Positions 8,605 to 15,672 of a stretch of DNA of 25,835 bases are shown piece after piece. The DNA is taken from positions 1 through 25,835 of the IMG/VR virus record IMGVR_UViG_3300026210_000276. One strand, 5' to 3'. Under the pieces are notes generated by a model. That model did not search any database and was not told the DNA's origin. It saw nothing but the letters and a program-made list of their open reading frames with translations. Positions within the stretch are counted from its first letter, which is position 1. Each line of letters opens with the position of its first letter. The position numbers and the translations under genes are program-made. The stretch comes from a virus. Lineage: Duplodnaviria > Caudoviricetes.

Positions 8605-9728
8605 TTTTAACAAACCTATTAACCAAGAAGAAAGAGTTATCCAAGACTGACATCAACAAGATTTCCAAGGCAGAAGAAAAGATATTGGATGAGACCACTG
8701 ATGATAAGGGGTTCACCAAGAGTTCACTGAAAATCTTTGAAACGATAGTAGGACGACCTACTACAGATGCAGAGAAAAACATCTTCTTCTCCAACCATAA
8801 ACAACTAGACCAGTTTCCTTTGAATGACCTCAAATCAAACAAACGAGGTCTACATGCGTTTAGGGTATGGTTGGCAAATATCTCCCACCAGCGCAATAAG
8901 AAGGACCATCCTGGTCTTGACGGGTATGACGACGTAGGGATTGTACCGATAACGGACTTTGCTGGTGAGCAACGATGTAAACAGATAATCAAAGAAACGG
9001 ATGGTTTTCCCAAATCAGTCCATAAGATTTCTGGTGTAAACATCCTATCTCAGTTAGACCTCAACGTCTATCCAACATTGAATTGGTTACTACATGAGTC
9101 AGGTATGCAAGACCATGTGTTGTCCTCAATCAGAAGGGTGGGCGACCCAGAAGCTCAGTCACTATACTTACAGAACACCTTCGTCCAGAAGGTTCACAAC
9201 AAACCGAGCTCGGATGAGTGTCAGAAGCACAGATGGGGTAAAGGTGGTACAGGGGTAAACGACCCCACCGAGGGAACACTCCTAGATGACACTGGGTTTG
9301 ACGTTCAAAAACAGATACACTCAGACCTGTTCTTCCCTGCTGTTAAGTTCTGGTATTTCCCTGAAGAAGTTGACATCGACAAGAGTCCTTTCATGATCTC
9401 CAAGAACACTCACATAATCAAAGACGATGACGATTTTGCGAAGGAGAACCTTGAATACTGGTATGACGAGTCCATCAAGTGTTGTGATGGCACACTAGAC
9501 TATTGGAAGACAGTCGGTCATATGGGTGGTAGTTTACGTATGGGTCTGGAAGAATTGGAGGAAAGGGGACGGAAACTGGAACCATGTCCAGTTCCCGCAG
9601 ACACGTTAGTTGTTGGTAATGTGTTTGGATGGCATTGTAGGGGCGAGACAACTGAAGAATGTATCAGACTTGCAATTCATGGTTCAATAAGAGTATCTTG
9701 GCCGTGTGGTGTGAACCCACCTTGGTAA
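8601..9728 (+). CDS. PhyH-like 2-oxoglutarate/Fe(II) dioxygenase
   Basis: QKQIHSDLFFPAVKFWYF (HxD), SPF, VPADTLVVGNVFGWHCRG (distal His) and a downstream R in RLAIHGSIR. Confidence 0.7.
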   Translation: MILTNLLTKKKELSKTDINKISKAEEKILDETTDDKGFTKSSLKIFETIVGRPTTDAEKNIFFSNHKQLDQFPLNDLKSNKRGLHAFRVWLANISHQRNKKDHPGLDGYDDVGIVPITDFAGEQRCKQIIKETDGFPKSVHKISGVNILSQLDLNVYPTLNWLLHESGMQDHVLSSIRRVGDPEAQSLYLQNTFVQKVHNKPSSDECQKHRWGKGGTGVNDPTEGTLLDDTGFDVQKQIHSDLFFPAVKFWYFPEEVDIDKSPFMISKNTHIIKDDDDFAKENLEYWYDESIKCCDGTLDYWKTVGHMGGSLRMGLEELEERGRKLEPCPVPADTLVVGNVFGWHCRGETTEECIRLAIHGSIRVSWPCGVNPPW

Positions 9729-9741
9729 TAAGGAGTAAAAT

Positions 9742-10644
9742 ATGATGGCAAAGAAGAAAGACACTATATACGACGGACCAGTAGTGGTCTATATTGGCAC
9801 TTCAGCAAACGGTGAAGACGCTGAAGCACAGATGGTATTGGAATATACCATACGAAAAAACACAACCATGCCTGTTGAAATCCATTGGATGAAACAGTCC
9901 CATGACCCAAACGATTTCTGGTATGCCGATGTTAAAGAACAGAAGGGTTGGCAAACGCAACAATGGCCGACACCATTCTCTGGATACAGGTGGGGGATCC
10001 CTGCTGCGTGTGGCTTCAAAGGTCAGTCAATCTATATGGACCATGACATGCTGGTACTTCAAGACCTTGCAGAACTATGGAACGAACCGTGGGAAGACGG
10101 CAAGGTTGCCATGAACAAGGGTGGTTGGAGATTCTGTGTCTGTAAATGGCACAATGAACGTGCAGAAGAACACCTTCTACCTATCGAAAGGTTACGGTCA
10201 GTAGAGGATTCGCACCAGAGGACATTCAATTTCTTTGCTCAAAATATACACCTGTTACAAACTTTTGACAGGCAGTGGAACAATTTCGATGGTGAGAATG
10301 ACAAGTTGGAAGACATCAAAATTCTCCACTACACCGATATGAGAACCCAAATGCATGGTAAGTATGTATTGGAACGGTTACAGAAGTCACTCGGTATTAC
10401 AAAGGAAGAAGCAATTGCTGCACACTGGTTTGATGGTGAGTTTCTTGCACACCGTAGGGACGACGTTGTGGAACTGTTTGATAAGCTATATCAGGAGTCT
10501 CTTGATGATGGATATAAGGTTGATGATTATGTACCGGGTAACAAGGGAAAGTTACACAATATAGAGCCATATGGTGAATACACAAAATTATCCCAGAAGG
10601 GGTACACCTCTGCAAACCAATTTGATGTAAGCCGAGGCGAATAA
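9742..10644 (+). CDS. GT-A glycosyltransferase (GT8-like)
   Basis: VYIGT, TPFSGYRWGIP..CGFKGQSIYMDHDML (DxD), DLAELW, WNNFD, KILHYT; AAGGAG SD. Confidence 0.8.
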   Translation: MMAKKKDTIYDGPVVVYIGTSANGEDAEAQMVLEYTIRKNTTMPVEIHWMKQSHDPNDFWYADVKEQKGWQTQQWPTPFSGYRWGIPAACGFKGQSIYMDHDMLVLQDLAELWNEPWEDGKVAMNKGGWRFCVCKWHNERAEEHLLPIERLRSVEDSHQRTFNFFAQNIHLLQTFDRQWNNFDGENDKLEDIKILHYTDMRTQMHGKYVLERLQKSLGITKEEAIAAHWFDGEFLAHRRDDVVELFDKLYQESLDDGYKVDDYVPGNKGKLHNIEPYGEYTKLSQKGYTSANQFDVSRGE

Positions 10645-10648
10645 ATGC

Positions 10649-10677
10649 TTGACATTCATTGAAATCTACTGTATACT
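10649..10677 (+). promoter_or_regulatory. sigma70-type promoter
   Basis: TTGACA (10649-54), 17 nt spacer, TATACT (10672-77), in the intergenic gap before 10711. Confidence 0.75.
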
Positions 10678-10710
10678 TGAATATAATAGAGAAATAATAT
10701 GAGTTGAGAG

Positions 10711-11196
10711 ATGAATAAAAATTATGTGTACCTAGCGGGTCCCATAGAAGGTTGTAATGACAACGAAATAAACGACTGGAGAATACATGTCAAGGAGCAA
10801 TTCCTAGAGAATATCGTTGGTGTAACTCCAGTGAGGTTAGACTACCCCGTCACCAAAAGGTCCCATTACACCCATGACCTAAGAAAGAAAGAGATATTCA
10901 CCAAGAATTTCATGGATGTCCAACGGTGTGATGCGACACTAGCGTTCCTGCCTAAGGAAATCAACGAGAGGCGACCATCCTATGGCACTATCTTTGAAAT
11001 AGCGTGGGCAGCTTCTCTAAACAAACCTATCTTCTTGGTCACGGATGACCAACGATTGATTGACCACCCCGCAACATACAGTAGTGTTCCATGGTTATAT
11101 TTCTATGACTTTGAGAAGATGAACATCATGGAGGAAAGATGGGTGTTTGATGAAGCGATTGATGATATTAATGAACTATTAGGGATATACAAATAA
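10711..11196 (+). CDS. Nucleoside 2-deoxyribosyltransferase / nucleotide N-hydrolase family protein
   Basis: VYLAGPI, D...CDA, SYGTIFEIAWA (catalytic Glu), KPIFLV. Confidence 0.85.
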   Translation: MNKNYVYLAGPIEGCNDNEINDWRIHVKEQFLENIVGVTPVRLDYPVTKRSHYTHDLRKKEIFTKNFMDVQRCDATLAFLPKEINERRPSYGTIFEIAWAASLNKPIFLVTDDQRLIDHPATYSSVPWLYFYDFEKMNIMEERWVFDEAIDDINELLGIYK

Positions 11197-11444
11197 TGCC
11201 TTATATTGAAGTGAAACGACGGAATGAGATTGAGAATTTGAATTACCCAGCGGAAACAGTTGGTGAGTTGAACTTTGAAGTGACAAGGTTGTGTAACAAA
11301 TACCTCAACTACAAGAAACTCAGTTACAGCACCATCAACGATATTGTTGGTGTCCTAGAATCTGCGAAGCAGGAGTTCTACAGACGAGTTGCCGAAGATT
11401 ACGAAGACGAGAAAATCAAACAAAACGGTGATGTGTATCGGTAA
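11196..11444 (+). CDS. Conserved small phage protein (MPYI...GELN...EFYRRVA..YED.KI..NGDVY; DUF6899-like)
   Basis: Recognisable motif pattern; translationally coupled (TAATG) on both sides. Confidence 0.75.
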   Translation: MPYIEVKRRNEIENLNYPAETVGELNFEVTRLCNKYLNYKKLSYSTINDIVGVLESAKQEFYRRVAEDYEDEKIKQNGDVYR

Positions 11445-11959
11445 TGCTGAAGCTCGAATTTGGCTGCGGTGATAGACCAAGAAAGCACCATGAAGGCTAT
11501 CTTGGAGTGGACGTTAGAGCTACTCCATATGTGAAATTTGTGTGTAATGCATGGGAAATTCCAGAACACACAAAGCCAAATACGGTTGGAGAAATATATT
11601 CAAGACATTTCTTTGAACACCTGACATATGAACAGACCTTTGTGACATTGAAGGCTTGGAGTAAGGTGTTGATACCGGGTGGTCTACTGGAAATGATAGT
11701 CCCTGATATGGATTGGCACGTCCAAGAATGGTTGGATGGCGATTACGAGGCTGCCCGTGGTGGTTTCTGGGGGTGGCAACGAGAAGGGATGACCGAGAAC
11801 TGGGACGTACACAAGATGGGTTACAATCACGAATACCTCAAGTTGATTTTAGAAACCGAAAACTTCACAGACGTTGTGAGGAAACCAACAGACGATACCG
11901 TATGGAGGTCCGACAATCACCCAAGACATTTATGGATAACATGTTACAATGCCAGATAA
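11444..11959 (+). CDS. SAM-dependent methyltransferase (Methyltransf_11-like)
   Basis: KLEFGCG, GVDVR, EIYSRHFFEHL, VLIPGGLLEMIVPD. Confidence 0.85.
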   Translation: MLKLEFGCGDRPRKHHEGYLGVDVRATPYVKFVCNAWEIPEHTKPNTVGEIYSRHFFEHLTYEQTFVTLKAWSKVLIPGGLLEMIVPDMDWHVQEWLDGDYEAARGGFWGWQREGMTENWDVHKMGYNHEYLKLILETENFTDVVRKPTDDTVWRSDNHPRHLWITCYNAR

Positions 11960-12260
11960 GAAAGAAAATTTCAATCTAGATGACAAAATCAAAGCACTTG
12001 ATTCCTCTAGGGTTTACAAGAAGATAACACCTAGTAAGGATGCTAGTTGGTATATCAAATGGGTATCAAGCATCATCCTGTTGTTTGGTATGGTATTGAC
12101 AAGTGTAGGGCCAGATTACTATCCCTTCAATTTAATACTACACTTAGTAGGTGTAATAGGGTGGTTAATAGTTGGTATGCTATGGCATGACCGAGCGATT
12201 ATTTTTATCAACACGGTTGGTGCTGTTATCTTTCTTACAGGAATTTTACAAGCATTATGA
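11949..12260 (+). CDS. Small three-TM membrane protein (DUF6552-like)
   Basis: WYIKWVSS, YPFNL, GWLIVGMLWHDRAIIFIN; three hydrophobic segments. Confidence 0.75.
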   Translation: MPDKKENFNLDDKIKALDSSRVYKKITPSKDASWYIKWVSSIILLFGMVLTSVGPDYYPFNLILHLVGVIGWLIVGMLWHDRAIIFINTVGAVIFLTGILQAL

Positions 12261-13054
12261 ACGTGGAAGTTGCCCAGACTACGTATTCTATTGGTGGTCA
12301 AGCCCCAACCCAACCCTGTGTATTTGCATCGTGTGACTCTATCTATTTTTGGCAACATGCAGCATCGTTTATCTATTCTGCTGCAACCCATGGCAACAAC
12401 GTGCATCTCCACCTGATGAACCCCGATGATAGTGTGTTCACAGAGATTACGAGACTGTCCCACGATGTTGATACCGATGTTACGTGGAGTTATGAATTTT
12501 TTGACCTCATGAAAAGTTTCTCAGCTGATGCAACGAGAACCTATTATGCTTGCAACAGATTTTTACGGGTATGTGACCTAATCAACTGCAACTCCCAATG
12601 GGACCCGATTGGCAACACCGATTTTATCATCTTGGATATTGATTGTATTGTCAGAAAGAAGTTGGAATTTCCGAAAGAGAAGATTGGATTGTTCCTACGA
12701 CCCCATGAACAACCGGGTATGCAAGTTGCGGCGGGTATCGTGACACTACAAGGTATTGAGGGATATACGTTTATCAAGTTAGTAGCAGATATGATAAAGG
12801 AAAATAAGCTAGAATGGTTCTTAGACCAACATGCACTGCACCATATTTACACCAATTCCCCTGTAGTGGATCAGAATAGAGTGTATAAATATGACATCAA
12901 CTATATGGATTGGGAATTTGATGAAGAGCGTGATGCCTCAATCTGGACAGGAAAAGGACCAAGGAAAGATACTAGCCTACCTTACCTTAGAGAGAAAAGC
13001 AAATACCTGATGCAATCAGGGATAACAGAACGATTTTGGCGGAACAGCCCATGA
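12257..13054 (+). CDS. Putative GT-A glycosyltransferase / nucleotide-diphospho-sugar transferase
   Basis: FASCD..YF, YYACNRF, ILDIDCIV (DxD), VAAG, WFLDQ, IWTGKGPRK. Confidence 0.7.
   Translation: MNVEVAQTTYSIGGQAPTQPCVFASCDSIYFWQHAASFIYSAATHGNNVHLHLMNPDDSVFTEITRLSHDVDTDVTWSYEFFDLMKSFSADATRTYYACNRFLRVCDLINCNSQWDPIGNTDFIILDIDCIVRKKLEFPKEKIGLFLRPHEQPGMQVAAGIVTLQGIEGYTFIKLVADMIKENKLEWFLDQHALHHIYTNSPVVDQNRVYKYDINYMDWEFDEERDASIWTGKGPRKDTSLPYLREKSKYLMQSGITERFWRNSP
12884..12891 (+). promoter_or_regulatory. Possible internal T4 late promoter
   Basis: Exact TATAAATA inside the GT-A gene, about 160 nt upstream of the KpsS-like gene; may be chance. Confidence 0.35.
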
Positions 13055-14019
13055 ACATATTAGTACTCAAACCATGGTTAGGTGTGCCTTTCAAACGGTT
13101 GCAACCCGCTTTAGGTATCAACAGAGAGGACAACCTACCTCCTATCCGGCAACACTGGCAGGATTTCATATGGAAGTTGATTGATTACCTCAAAGACACA
13201 GAGCATAATGTAAAGATTCTTGATGGTCCGTTATGGACATTCACGCCTGAATTGATAGACCAATACGGACCCGACTTGGTGTTCATTCCTCATAAAAATC
13301 AAGAACAATTCAAATATAAGGGTAACGCAAGGTATTATATGCAGACCGTGTTCCCGTGGTTATTCACCGTGAATAGGACTGGGTGGGGTGGAACTTCCAC
13401 AGACTACCCATGGAAGCCTGAGGGTGAATTTGACGAGACAGTGTTCAACAAATTGGCATCTCGTATCATGAGTAACGAGAGTAAGTTTGACCAACCCGAA
13501 CAGTCGGACAAGGTTGAACTACCAGAAGATTTCATATTCTTCCCCGGTCAGATACCACATGATGAAACTATTAAGTATCATTCGGATGTCACCGTAGAGG
13601 AAACACTAGATAAACTGTCTCTTTGGTGTCATCAACATAAAGTACCCCTTGTCGTCAAGGGTCACCCTGTAAATCCAGGTAGTATGGCTTCATTGAAAAC
13701 TGTGTTACACCCAGATACACTGTGGGTAGACAACGTGTCTATCCATGACCTGTTGTCAAAATGTTTCTGTGTCTATACAGTCAACTCAGGTGCGGGGTTT
13801 GAAGCCCTATTACACAAGAAACCTGTTGTCACTTTTGGACAGGCAGAGTATGATTGTGTGACCATTAAGGGTGATATAAATTCGCTTGACACAGCATGGA
13901 ATAACGTGTATTATGAACCTATATATCATGAGAATGTTGTGAAGTTTTTCGATTCGTTTATCAAAAATTATTGCGTAGATTCAACAGATATAAACAGTTA
14001 TAAGAATATTAAGATATAG
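13051..14019 (+). CDS. KpsS/KpsC-like (Capsule_synth, GT107-type) glycosyltransferase
   Basis: FFPGQIPHD (QxxxD), VVKGHP (KxHP), SIHDLL, TVNSGAGFEALLHKKPVVTFGQAEY. Start placed at the ATGA overlap at 13051. Confidence 0.75.
   Translation: MNILVLKPWLGVPFKRLQPALGINREDNLPPIRQHWQDFIWKLIDYLKDTEHNVKILDGPLWTFTPELIDQYGPDLVFIPHKNQEQFKYKGNARYYMQTVFPWLFTVNRTGWGGTSTDYPWKPEGEFDETVFNKLASRIMSNESKFDQPEQSDKVELPEDFIFFPGQIPHDETIKYHSDVTVEETLDKLSLWCHQHKVPLVVKGHPVNPGSMASLKTVLHPDTLWVDNVSIHDLLSKCFCVYTVNSGAGFEALLHKKPVVTFGQAEYDCVTIKGDINSLDTAWNNVYYEPIYHENVVKFFDSFIKNYCVDSTDINSYKNIKI
13886..13914 (+). promoter_or_regulatory. sigma70-type promoter internal to the KpsS-like gene
   Basis: TTGACA (13886-91), 17 nt spacer, TATTAT (13909-14); upstream of the 14020 ORF and the tRNAs. 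Confidence 0.55.
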
Positions 14020-14241
14020 ATGGGAAGAAGAAGTTCAAAAACAGAATCCACGTTTTCTAAGGGTCAGAGACCTAACGTAAACAAAGACATTCTTAAGGGA
14101 GTTCGTAGGACACGGACACTTGTAGAACGTAGGATTGCTCAATTAGATGCTGCTGTTAAAGGTAAAAACACCTATCTAGATAAGGATTTAGTAGAGCGTT
14201 TAAGAAAACCTCATATGATAAATTTGAAAAGTGATGACTAA
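14020..14241 (+). CDS. Small basic hypothetical protein
   Basis: 73 aa, K/R-rich, with SKGQRPNV motif; abuts the upstream stop. Confidence 0.65.
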   Translation: MGRRSSKTESTFSKGQRPNVNKDILKGVRRTRTLVERRIAQLDAAVKGKNTYLDKDLVERLRKPHMINLKSDD

Positions 14242-14245
14242 ACAC

Positions 14246-14253
14246 TATAAATA
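14246..14253 (+). promoter_or_regulatory. T4-type late promoter for the tRNA cluster
   Basis: TATAAATA ends 6 nt before the first base of tRNA-Gly. Confidence 0.75.
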
Positions 14254-14259
14254 CAGATT

Positions 14260-14335
14260 GCGGTTAAGCTGATGGTTTCAGTCGCTGGCCTTCCAAGCCA
14301 TGCTGAGCAGGGTTCGATTCCCTCTGACCGCTCCA
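14260..14335 (+). tRNA. tRNA-Gly(UCC), atypical
   Basis: Acceptor GCGGTTA/TGACCGC, discriminator T, encoded CCA; anticodon loop CTTCCAA closed by TGGC/GCCA; T-loop TTCGATT. D arm and T stem are irregular. Confidence 0.8.
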
Positions 14336-14352
14336 AAACTAGGAGAAAACCG

Positions 14353-14601
14353 ATGGTTAACATTAGAAAACCTTGGCTATTCAAAAACAAAAAACGAAAT
14401 GAATCAGACCATGCTATTGGTGATACAGTTTACATTGCTGTGGGACTCCCTGGACGAATAAAATGTAAGGTGGTAGATTATTACACCCCACCGGGTGCAA
14501 AAAAACACTATGTACTCGCTTTTGAGGGTCATGGTAGTACCGTCTATGAATTACGTGACATAAGTTGTGTGTGGAACGAAAAACAAGGCCGACGTAGCTG
14601 A
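14353..14601 (+). CDS. Hypothetical protein between tRNAs (possible SH3/KOW-like beta-barrel)
   Basis: AGGAG SD followed by ATG 14353 (MVNIRKPW...IGDTVYI...). The stop lies inside the 5' end of tRNA-Thr. Confidence 0.6.
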   Translation: MVNIRKPWLFKNKKRNESDHAIGDTVYIAVGLPGRIKCKVVDYYTPPGAKKHYVLAFEGHGSTVYELRDISCVWNEKQGRRS

Positions 14602-14662
14602 GTGGTGTAGCAAGGTCTTTGTAAGGCCTAGACGGAAGTTCGATTCTTTCCCGTCGGCACCA
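14588..14662 (+). tRNA. tRNA-Thr(UGU)
   Basis: Acceptor GCCGACG/CGTCGGC, A discriminator, CCA; anticodon stem AGGTC/GGCCT with loop TTTGTAA; T-loop TTCGATT. Confidence 0.88.
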
Positions 14663-14666
14663 TAAG

Positions 14667-14741
14667 GACCCCATAGTTTAATGGTTAGAATATTAGATTT
14701 TCAATCTAGTGGTCTGGGTTCAATCCCCGGTGGGGTCACCA
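14667..14741 (+). tRNA. tRNA-Glu(UUC)
   Basis: Acceptor GACCCCA/TGGGGTC with ACCA; anticodon stem TTAGA/TCTAG with loop TTTTCAA; T arm CTGGG-TTCAATC-CCCGG. Confidence 0.9.
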
Positions 14742-14750
14742 GACAAGCAT

Positions 14751-14788
14751 AAAAACCGGGAAGGTCTGGGACCTTCCCGGTTAAATTT
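14751..14788. terminator. Intrinsic terminator between convergent units (probably bidirectional)
   Basis: Perfect 13 bp stem AACCGGGAAGGTC-TGG-GACCTTCCCGGTT, with A5 on the left (U-tract for the - strand) and TTAAATTT on the right. Confidence 0.85.
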
Positions 14789-14807
14789 CGTACGAAATTG
14801 TATATTA

Positions 14808-15023
14808 TTATTCTACAGAAGCGGTTGCTTTGACACGTCCATAGACGGCAAGAATACCACCGACTGTAGCGACAACACTTAACAGACTATCTGTTAATAG
14901 TCCCTGAAGTTCAACGGGAACATTGTAACCCATCCATCCGGCAACACCGGCAACGACGGCCATTACACCGCCCCAAACTGAACGGGATTCCCACCAATTT
15001 TTAGTTTCTACTAATCCTGACAT
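14808..15023 (-). CDS. Small two-TM protein, putative holin-like
   Basis: K.WW.S..VWG motif, two TM helices and C-terminal YGRVKA; strong AAAGGAG SD; late promoter upstream. Confidence 0.65.
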   Translation of the reverse strand: MSGLVETKNWWESRSVWGGVMAVVAGVAGWMGYNVPVELQGLLTDSLLSVVATVGGILAVYGRVKATASVE

Positions 15024-15094
15024 ATTTATCTCCTTTGAAGATTGTCTCTAATATATATATTCACATATGGTATATATAACATTTTTCACTCATA

Positions 15095-15102
15095 TATTTA
15101 TA
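15095..15102 (-). promoter_or_regulatory. T4-type late promoter
   Basis: TATTTATA on + equals TATAAATA on -, in the AT-rich gap upstream of the holin-like gene. Confidence 0.7.
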
Positions 15103-15120
15103 CTTTTTTAGTAACCTGGA

Positions 15121-15348
15121 TTAACCAACAGGAGCGTCTTCGTCTAAGTCTTCTACTTCTTCATCATTACCACAGTCTCCTCCAACTGCATTGCACATCC
15201 AGTTCCATGCAGGTGTCCAACCATACTTACCATCGGTAGCATAATCGACTCCTACGGCACCACCTACGACGCCTACGGCGACCAGTGGGGCAGTAGCACA
15301 TCCTGCGAGAAACAGTGCGGTAGCGATTGTTGCAAAAATTTTCTTCAT
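15121..15348 (-). CDS. Small lipoprotein
   Basis: Start corrected to 15348 (AAGGAA SD): MKKIFATIATALFLAG-C lipobox, glycine-zipper-like VGVVGGAVG, two Cys and an acidic tail. Confidence 0.8.
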   Translation of the reverse strand: MKKIFATIATALFLAGCATAPLVAVGVVGGAVGVDYATDGKYGWTPAWNWMCNAVGGDCGNDEEVEDLDEDAPVG

Positions 15349-15370
15349 AGCATATTCCTTCTTTTTTTGC

Positions 15371-15399
15371 TTGACATTACTATATACGGTATGTATAAT
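15371..15399 (+). promoter_or_regulatory. sigma70-type promoter
   Basis: TTGACA (15371-76), 17 nt spacer, TATAAT (15394-99): perfect consensus. Confidence 0.85.
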
Positions 15400-15412
15400 A
15401 ATAATATGTGCT

Positions 15413-15592
15413 ATGGTATTTATGAAACTTAAGAAAGTCACAGAGCATTTGTCATACGAATTTGAACCAGCACCGATAGAATGGAACGGTCAGTTATACT
15501 ACATATATGACAAAACTGGCCCTATTGATGCTAGGACCTTGCCTGAGGGCGAAACGTGGCAGTTGGTAATAGAGAATTTATTAGACGGATAA
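15413..15592 (+). CDS. Small hypothetical protein
   Basis: The ORF-track TTG start is really the -35 box; the real start is ATG 15413 or 15422 downstream of the promoter. Confidence 0.55.
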   Translation: MVFMKLKKVTEHLSYEFEPAPIEWNGQLYYIYDKTGPIDARTLPEGETWQLVIENLLDG

Positions 15593-15604
15593 GGCATTTT
15601 ATGC

Positions 15605-15632
15605 TTGCCACGGGTCCCAAATGTGTTATAAT
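15605..15632 (+). promoter_or_regulatory. Extended -10 promoter
   Basis: TTGCCA (15605-10), 16 nt spacer, TATAAT (15627-32) preceded by TGt. Confidence 0.7.
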
Positions 15633-15672
15633 AGTAATATGAGTGAACAAATTTTAAAGGAATTACGTCGTT

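Noticed and set aside
14272-14352. ORF-track N-terminal extension of the 14272-14601 ORF, and antisense ORF 14414-14674
   Set aside because: They overlap tRNA genes; the real start is at 14353 after AGGAG.
14618-14624. Reading tRNA 14588-14662 as Tyr(GTA), or tRNA 14667-14741 as a TCA (opal/Sec) suppressor
   Set aside because: Stem pairing gives 7 nt loops centred on TGT and TTC respectively. Genes end normally in TAA, TAG and TGA, so there is no sign of recoding.
15042-15239. Plus-strand 65 aa ORF, and the N-terminal extension of 15121-15441
   Set aside because: They lie in AT-rich promoter DNA or antisense to the lipoprotein; the lipoprotein start at 15348 has an SD and a signal peptide.
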